Origin: Callorhinchus milii
Lineage: Eukaryota
Length of the DNA stretch: 64,000 nucleotides
Reading direction: 5' to 3'
NCBI RefSeq assembly: GCF_018977255.1
Contig: NW_024704743.1
Location: 73,038,001-73,102,000, forward strand
Part shown: positions 1 to 12,249 of the stretch, piece after piece
Layout of the letters: every line of letters begins with the position of its first letter
Position numbering within the stretch: the first letter of the stretch is position 1
The notes under the pieces: generated by a model
What the model was told of the DNA's origin: nothing
What the model saw: only the letters and a program-made list of their open reading frames with translations
Databases searched by the model: none
Made by a program: the position numbers and the translations under genes

Positions 1-937
1 ATGACCTGGACTTGGGTATAGGGAGTACAATTTACAAGTTTGTAGATGATACTAAGCTAGGAAAAATAGTAAACAGTGTGGAGAATAGTAGCAGACTGCA
101 AGAGCACAAAGACAGACTGGTAAAATGGGCAGACACATGGCAGATGAAGTTTAATGTGGAGAAATGCGAAGTGATGCATTTTGAGAGGAAGAATGAGGAG
201 AGTGAATATAAGATAGATAGTGAAGGAACAGAGAGACCTGGGGGTTCATATAAGTAAATCTTTGAAGGTGGCAGAACAGGTAGATAAAGCCGTTAGAAAA
301 GCATACTGGTTTTATAAATAGGGGCATAGAATACAAAAGTCAGGAAGTTATGATGCACTTTTATAAAACACTAGTTAGGCCTCAGCTCGAGTACTGTGTT
401 CAGTTCTGGGCCCCACACTTTAGGAAGAATGTCAAGGCAGTGGAGAGGGTGCAAAGGAGATTTACCAGGATGGTACCAGGAATGAGGGACTTCAGTTATC
501 GGGAGAGGCTAGAGAAACTAGGATTATTCCCCGTGGAGCAGAGAAGGTTAAGTGGAGACTTAATAGAAATTTTCAAAATTATGAGGGGAATCGATAGAGT
601 GAACAAGGAGAAACTATTTCCACTGGTGGGTGGGTCGGTAACCTGAGGACACTGATTTAAAATAGCTGTTAAAAGAAACAGAGGGGAGGTGAGGAGATAT
701 TTTTTCACACAGCGAGTTGTTTGGATCTGGAATGCATTGCCTGAAAGGGTGGTGGAAGCCGATTCGATAACAACTTTTAAGAGAGAAGTAGATAATTATT
801 TGGGGAGCACAAGTTTGCAGGGCTCTGGAATTCGCGGAGGAGTGGGATTGATTTGGATAGCTCTTTTCAAAGAGCCGCACAGACATGACAGCTGAATGGC
901 CTCCTTCTGTGCTGCATAATTCTAAGATTCTATGATT
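1..937 (+). mobile_element. CR1-clade LINE, 3' part (RT C-terminus and 3' UTR), frameshifted
   Basis: [37 protein letters not shown] and FFTQRVVWIWNALP. Ends in (TTCTAWGA)-type repeats. Confidence 0.93.
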
Positions 938-2369
938 GAGGTCCTACCTGTCTGTTCAGGTGGTTGGTAAAGATTCTGTGACACCACTGAAAAAGAGAAG
1001 GTAGTTTCCCCTGGTGTCCTTACCAAGAACTCCCCAGATAAGAAAGAGCTGCTTCTGGAACATTGCTGGATATAAAATTGGCTGTGTTCTTGACACTTAC
1101 ACTTTACACTAAATCCTGTGAAAATTTTAAGACATCCTCATCACAAGCACAAGGGACTATATCATGTTCAAGACGCTGTATCAAATGCAAGGGATATTTT
1201 TGTTTATCTTCCTCTCCTCAAAGTAACCACTTGCGCAGGATTCCATTAGTAGCAAGAGGTATCAGTGGTATCTTGTGCAGGAGTGAAAATGATAACTTTT
1301 AAATCCTAATGGAAACTGAGCTTTATCTAATTTAAGCAGTCACAAGAGCATTGAAGAGGCCAGCTTTAACTTTGTCAAAAAGCACAACAGATAATAATAG
1401 GTCTTCTGTAAAATATTATTCTTGAAGCTTTCCAGCAAAATGTAAGTTCAGTCTCTGCCAGGGTTGCTGTAGCCTTAGAAACCTGGCCTAAGAAATATGG
1501 TATCAGGCCATGGAATCCCAGGCATGTCCATTTTTTTTGGTCAGTGAGGTGTCTCTGACATATGAGGAAACCAATCATCAAACTTAAGAGCATCCAAACC
1601 AAATTGAGAGTTCCTCAAATGGATGACACGTGATACTTGGAGTTTTCTCTGCGACTGGAAGGAATGTGCATTCTCTCCCTAGTGGGAACAAACTCTGCTT
1701 ATTTATTTCCAGGCCTAGGTTGGTGAAAGCCGAGGCCTGAGGAATCCAAATTGTACATCAGGTACTTCTGGTATAATCTTGTTCTGCAAATATAATTGCT
1801 TTGACCATAACCAGGAATACAAAGTGAAGCGCTACTTCCAAGGATGGCTGTTTGTGGGGACATTGCTGTGCACAAATTGGCTCCACATTTTCTACAAAAA
1901 AAATACAGTCACTACATTTTACAGCAATTCCTATGAAGCACTTTGAGATGTCCTCCTGACATGAAAGGCACTATCAGCTGTAAGCGTTATGATTGCAATG
2001 ATATGATCAAAATAAACAACATGATAACATCATTAAAATACATTTGAATTGTGTCATGTGACATAACACGTAGATCTGCACTGTCCTGAAAGCAGTAAAA
2101 TCAAATTCTAAGATTGGACTACAGAAGGCATCCTGACATTTACTAAGTTCCTTTCACTATAATAACTAACTTGAAAAAAAGTAATCCTCAAAGTCCCTGT
2201 AATAATGAAAGTTTAATGTAACTGTTAGTGTAAATAACAAGAAATTCCTTTTATGTGCAAAAGCTGATACCTTATCGCATATTCTTAGGCTTTTGGCTAT
2301 TGCATTCCTGGCTAATATCACCGTTCTTTCCCTTATATCTGAAAAAGTTCCACCCTCCGCATACATAAT

Positions 2370-2732
2370 CATAATCTTTGCATTTGATACAGCGACTTGT
2401 CATGGCTTTGAGATGTCTCAAAGCGCTTCACAGAATATACTGTAAAGTGAATTGACTGAATACTTTGTGGGCGAAACATAGCAACCAATTGCGAACAGCA
2501 GTGTCCCACAAACAGTCGTGCATTGAGTGACCAATTTTATTATTTTTTTGAAGGAATTACTACCCTGGAAAAGCAATCCACCAATCGATTAGCAACTGGG
2601 TTGCTACTTACTGCTAGGTAAACAGAAGTGTTGGGAATAACGGAAATTGCCCAATGTTTCACCCTGCTGGGAATCAAAGCCAGATCTCTCGCTTGCAAGG
2701 CAAGTGCTCTAACCTGAGCTATAGGACTGCCA
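2370..2732 (-). mobile_element. tRNA-headed SINE, long variant
   Basis: Reverse complement of the tRNA head, Deu-like GTTTGTGGGACACTGCTG core and (ATT)n tail. Confidence 0.85.
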
Positions 2733-3479
2733 AACATGGGTGTTTACGTATTTATGATTCATGATGTTTATTGGGTTTGAAACTGTGAGGCACCAATCTG
2801 TCAGAGGTTTTATTTAGATGAAACGAGTAGAAACTACAAACAGACATGAGCCTGTGATGTTTTTTTAAGAAAAGAAGATATTTCAGAGTGTTTTATGTTC
2901 TTGGAAGTTTTTCCATTGGCGCTTCCCCACTCCCATGAGATTAAATAAATCAGGATAAGTGAAAAATTATACAATCGACTTAACGCAATGGAAAATAAAA
3001 CTCAGTGGGGGTGAGTGATCTTAACACATTCCGTATTTAAGAATTTTGTTTTGATATTTTGGGAATTTGTTTTCAATGCAATTCATAACTGACTATTTGT
3101 AAGACAATTGAACCACTCTCTGGTTTCTGTTTCTCTGTTCTGTGGGGATATTCAGGCAAGAACAACAATCCACATTTATATAACACTTTTCATGTTGGGT
3201 GGACATCTCAAAGCATTTCATGCAACTGACAAACTATGTCTGGCTTTGAAGGCTGAAGATTGGTGCCAGGTAGAAGAACTCAAGGATGGTGTAAGATTGT
3301 GCTAATATAGCTTAAATATATAATGCTTTACGGAATATATAAAGAATTAAGTAGCTTGACTAAAGAATATAATGTTTTGCAAAATATACAGTGTTGTTAT
3401 GTAAATGTATGCAAGCTGATGATGTATGCAAGCTGGTTGAGAAAAGAACAGAATGCTTTGTCTGCCCTGAGTGGCCTTG

Positions 3480-3745
3480 TTTGGTTTCAGCCTCCTGATA
3501 ACAAGGCCTCAAAGTTCCAGAAAGGAAGGGCTACGTGATTAAAGGCTCGCTATCAATGTTGGAGCAGAGTGGGCAGGTGGCGTGAAGCAGGCTGGTGTTT
3601 GCTGGAGTGAGGGAGCGGCTGGAGCAGTAGGGTTGTGGGAGATCACAGAGCTAGGATGGTGTGAGGGTGTGGAGGCATTTGACAGCGATAACAAGAATCT
3701 TGAATTCTATTTGCTGGGGGATGGGGAGCCAGTGGAATTCAGAGA
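3480..3745 (-). mobile_element. Old L2 LINE 3' fragment
   Basis: Minus strand resembles LHWLPIPQQIEFKILV and the L2 3' region seen at 57950-58250. Confidence 0.6.
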
Positions 3746-3764
3746 GGATGAGTGTATATGTTTG

Positions 3765-4025
3765 CAGTGGTTAAGACGTTAAACCAAGGCCCTGCCTGTC
3801 TTGAAAGATGCCATGTAATACTCAAAAAAGAGAAGGGAGTTTCTCCCGGTGTCCTGACTAACAATTCCCAAAGTCACTTTATGGCTGTTTGTGGGACATT
3901 GCTGTGCATAAATTGGCTGCCACATTCACCCACAAAACACACACAGTCACCAGACTTTACTGTGAAGTGCTTTGAGCCATTCTCCTGATGTGAAAGGCGC
4001 TGTACCAAATGTAAAGATTATTACA
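3765..4025 (+). mobile_element. Deu-domain SINE, 3' part
   Basis: GACGTTAAACCAAGGCCC...GAAGGGAGTTTCTCCCGGTGTCCTG...GCTGTTTGTGGGACATTGCTGTG followed by an L2-like tail. Confidence 0.75.
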
Positions 4026-4137
4026 TAAATGCTGTTGTTGCAATGGCATTATCATTATAGAGATGAAATGAAAGGAACAGTATTGATCAGTATATCATTG
4101 ACGCCATTTAAAAAATTTTTTATAAGACTATCTAAAG

Positions 4138-5025
4138 ATTGGACTACAGAAGGCATCCTGACATTTACTAAGTTCCTTCCACTATAATAACAAATATGAA
4201 AAGAAGTAATCCTGAAAGTCCCTGTAATAATGGAAGTTTAATGTGATTGTGAGTATAAATAACAAGAAATTCCTTTTGTGCGCAAAAGCTGATACCCTAT
4301 CCACATTCTTAGGTTTTGGCTATGGAATTCCTGGCTAATATCACTGTTCTTTCCCTCATATCTGAAAAAAGTTCCACCCTCAGCAGACAAAATAATAATC
4401 TTTGCATTTGATACGGCAACTTGTCACGGCTTCGAAACATCTCAAAGCGCTTCACAGAATATACTGTAAAGTGAATTGACTGTATATTTTGTGGGAGAAA
4501 CATGGCAACCAATTGCGCATAGCAGTGTCCCACAAACAGTCATGAATTGAGTGAACAATTTTATCATTTTTTTTTGAAGTATTTACTACCTCTGGAAAAG
4601 CGATCCATCAATCGATTAGCGACTGGGTTGCTGCTTACTGCTAGGTAAATAGAAGTGTGGGGAGTGAGGAAATTGCCCAATGTTTCACCCTGCCCTGCCT
4701 GCCTTGAAAGATGCCATGGCAATACTCAAAAAAGAGAAGGGAGTTTCTCCCGGTGTCCTGACGAACAATTCCCCAAGTCACTTTATGGCTGTTTGTGGGA
4801 CATTGCTGTGCATAAATTGGCTGCCACATTCACCCACAAAACACACACAGTCACCAGACTTTACTGTGAAGTGCTTTGAGCCATTCTCCTGATGTGAAAG
4901 GCGCTGTACCAAATATAACGATTATTACATAGAAGCTGTTGTTGCAATGGCATTTATCACTATATAGATGAAATGAAAGGAGCAGTATTGATCAGTGTAT
5001 CATTGACCCCATTTTAAAAAAAAAC
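4138..5025. repeat. Local duplicate of 2110-2667 fused to a duplicate of 3790-4115
   Basis: Shares non-repeat flanks (GATTGGACTACAGAAGGCATCC...; GATGAAATGAAAGGAACAGTATTGATCAG) with the upstream segments. Confidence 0.85.
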
Positions 5026-6120
5026 TATTATATGAACACTGCTGGAAAACCGTGACAGGCTTGTCCGTAAGTTATGTTCCATATCTTTCTGTGACATATC
5101 ATCCTGTTCCTGCAATGGCTATACAGGAAATGATAGATGCTTGCTGCTGGACAAATACTAGTTTGAAACTTTCCGGCTGAAATCTTTGTGGTTTTGTAAC
5201 ATATATTAAAACGGGAACTTTTGTTCTCCTGTTCAAATAAGCTAAAAAAAATAATCCTTACATTTGATACAGAGTGTTTCACATCGGGAGGATGCCTCAG
5301 CTTCACAGTGTAAACTGTAAAGTGTAATGACTATGGATTTTGTAGCCAAATGACTGTGAATTGCGTAACCTAGTTACTGCAATCAATTGTTATTGTGTTG
5401 TATTCTGACAAAGGTAAAAGGTAACGTTTAATGGATGTATTTTTTGCAGACCATTTAATTTTATGCAAAAAACCTCAGAACACGAATTAAGGAAAATTGA
5501 ATGGGACCTGGAATGTACCAAATATACAGTATGTGTTTATCAATGCTTTGTGTTTATCACAGCAAAGTGCTTTGGGTCATTCATCCTCAGATGTTTACTT
5601 ATAGGACATTGTTCTGGAAGAAATATTCAGAACTGAAAACAAAATTAGTGCTCATGGTCAGAGTGCCCAAGCACATTGAGAAAGAACTCATTCGAGCAAT
5701 AGAAATTTTTGTAGCACAGAAGAAAGCCATTTTGCCAATCTTGTCTGTGCTCATTCTTTGAAAGAATCAATAAATTCCATCCCATTTACTTGCCTTCGCC
5801 CTATACTCTGCATTGAATGAAATGAAAAGAATTGAAAGTTAGTCAGCTTTGGAAACCCATCACAGTGCTTAAGAGCATCCAAACCAGATGGAGAGTTCCA
5901 CATATCAATGCCATCTACACATGCAAATTGATTTGTAGGAAGCTGCAATAAGAGAAGCTGGTGAGGTAAAGCTAATGGGAACCAAGTTGGGGCATTTCTT
6001 AAAAGGATTTCTTAATGAGTAATACGAATTGTGCAAACGAGAACTTTTTGGTGACTTAAAGTACGTCACTGACCTGTGGGAAGTCTGTTGCATCACGATT
6101 TACCTCCAGAGGGGAGTTGT

Positions 6121-6432
6121 GGAGTCCTGTAGCTCAGTGGTTAGAGCAATCGCTTTGCAAGTGAGAGACCTGAGTTCAATTCCAGGCAGGGCGAAACCTT
6201 GGGCAAGTTTCCTTACTCCACACGCCTAATAATAATCCCTCAAAAAAAACAATAATAAATTGGTCATTTTCAATCTACAACTGTTTGTGGGACATTGCTG
6301 TGCGCAATTGGCTGCCGCGTTCGCCCACAAATATGCAGTCAATTCACTTTACAGTATATTCTGTGAAGCGCTTTGGGACGTCTAGAAGACGTGAAAAGCG
6401 CTATATCAAATGCAAGGATTATTATTATTATT
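6121..6432 (+). mobile_element. Full-length young tRNA(Ala-like)-headed SINE
   Basis: GGAGTCCTGTAGCTCAGTGGTTAGAGC A box, GAGTTCAATTCC B box, Deu-like core and (ATT)n tail. Confidence 0.9.
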
Positions 6433-8574
6433 GTTGTGGCTCAACAGAATTAATGATGAATTTGAATGTAATTTATCCCATTCACATTGCAATTGCCAAC
6501 ATGAGGAAAGAAGCTGTAAGCACCTTTTCATGAAACTGGTATCCTTACAAGTGGCAAGTGGAATATTGCATCTCGTTGCTGGGTAGCTGGGTTTTAAATA
6601 TTATGACTCTGCTGTGTGTCAATGATGTGTTTCAAGATGCTTGTGCAAAGGTAGTGACACTGAAAGAAAAAGAACTAACCAGAAAAAACTTGTAATGCAA
6701 ATGCAAGGAACTGCCTGAAATATCCTCATTTCACTTCATTTCTCCTCTCCTAATATTATACCCTCTTTGGCTTGAGTCGTCTACATTATTTTTTAAATCA
6801 CTGTACGCTTTCTTTAAACTTCTTGGCTGAAAAGAATTAGGTTGTCTTTCCCAATTGGATCTTTATAGAACACTGAAGCAAACATTTCTTTAAAACAGTG
6901 ACTTCATCTTGCATGCCTGCCGAGCAGCTGGCCTTGCCTCTGGTTGAGTTTGCATATTGCTCTCTTGGGAAGCTGCTGCAAAGAACAGGAAAAAGTGAGG
7001 CTTCACAAACATTTCCGTATACATTGGAATTCTCCAACCTTCCTATGTCCTTCTGAATACAGAATGCTCAGGGTTATAACTCTGCTCTTTCACTCAAAAT
7101 GCACCACTTTACATTTATCTTCAGAGGTGAGGAGTGCAACTGACAAGAGAAACCATTGCAAAGGCCACAGCCTTGCTGCGCACAGACACATGAAAGAGTT
7201 GAACTGGGTGAGGAGTGAAAAGTCACTGAGGACGTTGACTTATTCCACAAACAGTTGCTGGGCATCTTGCAGGGATTGAAGGATGATGTAAGGGAAAATG
7301 CACTCACCATCTAACTGCAATGTAAGAGGAGTCCCAACGTCCAGATTGGAAGGTGCCGTGCGACATCTAACGTCTGCCACAGAAAGATTGGAGGACAAAA
7401 TTGACTGGAGTCAGACAGAGATAACCAATGATGGTACATGAGGGCTGCCACATGTCAACAAACAGCCTTCCAGACTGATTTATCAGAGCCCTTATTTTAC
7501 ATTCTGGAGAAAGGCTGTTGCTTACGAATCCAGATATTGCAGAGAAATCTGTAGATGTCATGAGACGGACGGGCTATAAGAGATAGAGTTCACCATTGCT
7601 GAACATGACTCCTATGGAGTTCCCATCATCTGAGTTGGTTGGATAGGAACAGGGCAACCAAAGGGTGAAGATGGTATTTGGTACCCAATGGAGTGATTGA
7701 ACACCTTCTACTCCTGTTGATAAGCTGATGGAGATCTTCCATGGACCCAAGAGCCTGAGGGGCTTGTTAAACTGTCCTATCTTGTGGCCACTAGGAATAA
7801 GATTCATGGTATTTCAATAAATAAGCCACTTTTGGATGATTTCAAGAACGATAATGATCTGGCAGTGGCTGGATGATGTATGTTAATAACAATATCCCTG
7901 ACTGTCCAGAGCCTTGGGACGTCCTCCTGATGTGAAAGATGCTATATAAATGTAATATTATATTGTAATATTTGCACATGATAAAAGCACTTTCTCATGT
8001 CTTTCACAGGATATTCTCTGAAGTATGGTGACTGTGTACCGTGTACTAGGTGAATGTGGCAACCAATTTGTCCACATCAATGTCCCACAACCAGCAATGA
8101 AGTGAATAACCAATTTTTATGCGCGGAATTGTTGATCAGGACACTGGTAGAAACTCCCTTCATTTGAATCAAAGTCTTAGTGATTAACACTGCTTTAAAT
8201 TATTCAGCTTAAAGCAATACATTACTTCATTAAACTCTCTTATTCCACATATCTGCTTTGTTTGCCAAGATTATATAGCACTAAAATATTTATTTGTTTT
8301 GAGAACGTTGGACCTATCTCAAATGACCCATCAATGACATATAAACAGGATATTGTACATGTTAAAGTTAAACATTGGACAGGGGTATTATGAAATCACT
8401 GCACTGAAGTTCATTTTCAAACTGATTATTCTTATCATCACAAATTCAGGCTAGTTTGCCATGTTGCAGTATTTATCATTTCTGGAGGTTAAATAGAGTG
8501 TCTGGTATTCTAATATTCTGCAAAATATCTTCTTCTCTGATAACCCACTTGCAATAATACTGAACAGTAATAAT

Positions 8575-8890
8575 AATCCTTGCATTTGATGTGGGGAGCA
8601 TGTCTCAAAGTGCTTCACAAAATTTACCTTAAAGCGTAAAAAAAAAGTTATTTTGGGGATTATTGGCCAGGACATCTAGTGAACCTCCCGTTAAGGTCCA
8701 CCTGAACAAGCAACCGCATCTCAGTTTAATATCTTGTTCAATGGCACCTCCAACAATGAAACACAGCCTAGCACTCACTGTATTGGAGTGTCACCCTCGA
8801 CCATATGAATTCAAAGACCCAATATGTGGCTTGAACCCTCAACCTTCTGACTCAGAGGAAAGAATAGTACCAAATGAGGTAGGCTGACAC
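8575..8890 (-). mobile_element. Older Deu-domain SINE (SacSINE-like head)
   Basis: Reverse complement of TCAGCCTACCTCATTTGGTAC...CTGAGTCAGAAGGTTGAGGGTTCAAGCC head and Deu-like body. Confidence 0.6.
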
Positions 8891-9086
8891 CTATACAATC
8901 ATGAAGATCGTCAGTTGGATCTCTGTAATGTGTTGCATTAGCTGACCTCAAATAAGATTGGTTGGTGAGAGCATTGCAAACGAGAATTGCTGCTTGTTTT
9001 TTTGCTGTTGGGTCTTGTTGCTGTTATTTCATGCTGGATACACACACATATCCTGTACAGATTTTCCAAGGAGTCTAATTTGCAGT

Positions 9087-9158
9087 GGGATGAAAATTAA
9101 GACCTGTGTGTGTTAATTGACATTGGTGTTAATTAACACATCCTTGAAATTTTTACCC
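9087..9158. mobile_element. Short foldback (MITE-like) element
   Basis: Imperfect palindrome GGGATGAAAATT...TGTGTTAATTGACA-ttgg-TGTTAATTAACACA...AATTTTTACCC. Confidence 0.55.
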
Positions 9159-9572
9159 TGCCGATAACTAAAACCATTGCTGGTCCATAGATTTGTCCTC
9201 CCCTCACCCATTTCCATGACAATGAAATGGGCATGAAACCAGCTAACAGCACACATTGGACCAGCAGGTTGTTGCATTAGCAGCATTAGTGAGATACTAG
9301 CTTAACTCAACAAAAAGCTTAACTCAACAAAAAGTAATTTCAATGTCCTACTGACCAATGCTTCAATGTAATATGCCATGACTATGTATTTTGAAAGTGA
9401 ATGTAGCAGCCAATCTGGACACAGTTGTGCCCCGCAAACAACCATAAGTGAATTATCAATTTTATCTGAGGGATTGTTGACCAGGAAACTGGGAAAAACT
9501 CCACTTTTTCAAATAGTGTCATGGGGTCTTCAGCATCCACCTGAACAGGCAGATGGGATCTCAGTTTAATGA

Positions 9573-12248
9573 AACATGGCAACCAATTGCGCACAGCAGT
9601 GTCCCACAAACAGTCATGAATTGAGTGAACAATTTTATCATTTTTTTTTGAAGGATTTACTACCTCCGGAAAAGCGATCCACCAATCGATTAGCAACTGG
9701 GTTGCTACTTACTGCTAGGTAAATAGAAGTGTGGGGAGTGAGGAAATTGCCCAATGTTTCATCCTGCCCTGCCTGCCTTGAAAGATGCCATGGCAATACT
9801 CAAAAAAGAGAAGGAAGTTTCTCCCGGTGTCCTGACTAACAATTCCCCAAGTCACTTTATGGCTGTTTGTGGGACATTGCTGTGCATAAATTGGCTGCCA
9901 CATTCACCCACAAAACACACACAGTCACTAGACTTTACTGTGAAGTGCTTTGAGCCGTTCTCCTGATGTGAAAGGCGCTGTACCAAATATAAAGATTATT
10001 ACATAGAAGCTGTTGTTGCAATGGCATATATCACTATATAGATGAAATGAAAGGAACAGTATTGATCAGTGTATCATTGACCCCATTTTAAAAAAAACTA
10101 TTATATGAACTCTGCTGGAAAACCGTGACAGGCTTGTCCGTAAGTTATGTTCCATATCTTTCTGTGACATGTCATCCTGTTCCTGCAATTTCTATACAGG
10201 AAATGATAAATACTTGTTGCTGGACAAATACTAGTTTGAAACTTTCCGGCTGAAATCTTTGTCTCGTGCGGTGTCCCTCAAGGCTCTGTCCTCGGTCCCC
10301 TCCTCTTCACCCTCTATATGCTCCCCCTTGGTGACATCATCCGTAGACATGGGGTTAACTTCCACATGTATGCGGATGACACCCAACTCTACCTTTCCTC
10401 CTCTACCCTCAACTCCACGACCACCGATGTCCTGACAGTCTGCCTGTCCGACATCGAGTCCTGGACGAGAGACAACTTTCTTCAGCTCAACGTGCGAAAA
10501 ACCGAGGCCCTCCTGATTGGCTCACGTCAGCGCCTCCGCACCTCAGGCGCCGACACCATCAGCATCCAAGGCTGCACTCTCCACCTCTCAAAGCCAGTCA
10601 GGAACCTCGGCGTTCTGTTCGACTCCTGAGCTGTCCTTTCTCCCTCACATCCGCCCTACAACTGGCACCGCCTTCCATCACCTTCGGAATGTCGCCAGAC
10701 TACGGCACTACCTCACCCCTCACGCTGCTGAAACCCTGGTCCACGCCTTTGTCACCTCAAGGCTGGACTATGGGAACTCCTCGCTCCCTCCCGTCCCTCC
10801 CCTCACCCTGACCATTTCCCCCCTGCTCGGGTCCTGACCCAACTGTACGGCGCCTTGGGACGTCCTCCCGACGTGAAAGGCGCTCTATAAATGGAACTTT
10901 GTTGTTGTTGTTGTTGTTGTTGTTGTGTTTGTGGTTTCGTAACATATATTAAAACGGAACTTTTGTTCTCCTGTTCAAATAAGCTAAAAAAAATAATCCT
11001 TACATTTGATACAGAGTGTTTCACATCGGGAGGATGCCTCAGCTTCACAGTGTAAACTGTAAAGTGTAATGACTATGGATTTTGTAGCCAAATGACTGTG
11101 AATTGCGTAACCTAGTTACTGCAATCAATTGTTATTGTGTTGTATTCTGACAAAGGTAAAAGGTAACGTTTAATGGATGTATTTTTTGCAGACCATTTAA
11201 TTTTATGCAAAAAACTTCAGAACACGAATTAAGGAAAATTGAATGGGACCTGGAATGTACCAAATATACAGTATGTGTTTATCAATGCTTTGTGTTTATC
11301 ACAGCAAAGTGCTTTGGGTCATTCATCCTCAGATGTTTACTTATAGGACATTGTTCTGGAAGAAATATTCAGAACTGAAAACAAAATTAGTGCTCATGGT
11401 CAGAGTGCCCAAGCACATTGTGAAAGAACTCATTCGAGCAATAGAAATTTTTGTAGCACAGAAGAAAGCCATTTTGCCAATCTTGTCTGTGCTCATTCTT
11501 TGAAAGAATCAATAAATTCCATCCCATTTACTTGCCCTATACTCTGCATTGAATGAAATGAAAAGAATTGAAAGTTAGTCAGCTTTGGAAACCCATCACA
11601 GTGCTTAAGAGCATCCAAACCAGATGGAGAGTTCCACATATCAATGCCACCTACACATGCAAATTGATTTGTAGGAAGCTGCAATAAGAGAAGCTGGTGA
11701 GGTAAAGCTAATGGGAACCAAGTTGGGGCATTTCTTAAAAGAATTTCTTAATGAGTAATAAGAATTGTGCAAACGAGAACTTTTTGGTGACTTAAAGTAC
11801 GTCACTGACAAGCATGTGTTTTCAAGATGCTTGTGCAAATGTAGTGACACTGAAAGAAAAAGAACTAACCAGAAAAATCTTGTAATGCAAATGCAAGGAA
11901 CTGCCTGAAATATCCTCATTTCACTTCATTTCTCCTCTCCTAATATTATACCCTTTTTGGCTTGAGTCGTCCACATTATTTTTTAAATCACTGTACGCTT
12001 TCTTTAAGCTTCTTGGCTGAAAATAATTAAGTTGTCTTTCCCAATTGGATCTTTATAGAGCACTGAAGCAAACATTTCTTTAAGACAGTGACTTAATCTT
12101 GCATGCCTGCCGAGCAGCTGGCCTTGCCTCTGGTTGAGTTTGCATATTGCTCTCTTGGGAAACTGCTGCAAAGAACAGGAAAAAGTGAGGCTTCACAAAC
12201 ATTTCCGTATACATTGGAATTCTCCAACCTTCCTATGTCCTTCTGAAT
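9573..12248. repeat. Recent segmental duplicate of about 4497-7058
   Basis: Near-identical unique sequence. For example, the 86-aa ORFs at 5501 and 11243 differ at one residue. Differs by an L2 insertion and by lacking about 6074-6622. Confidence 0.95.
10263..10927 (+). mobile_element. Young 5'-truncated L2 LINE insertion with internal deletion
   Basis: [13 protein letters not shown] motif, (TTG)n tail and TTTGT duplicated at 10258-10262/10928-10932. Empty site visible at about 5185-5190. Confidence 0.93.
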
Positions 12249-12249
12249 G

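Noticed and set aside
5501..5761. 86-aa ORF repeated at 11243-11503
   Set aside because: The conservation only reflects the recent segmental duplication. No recognisable domain or splice structure.
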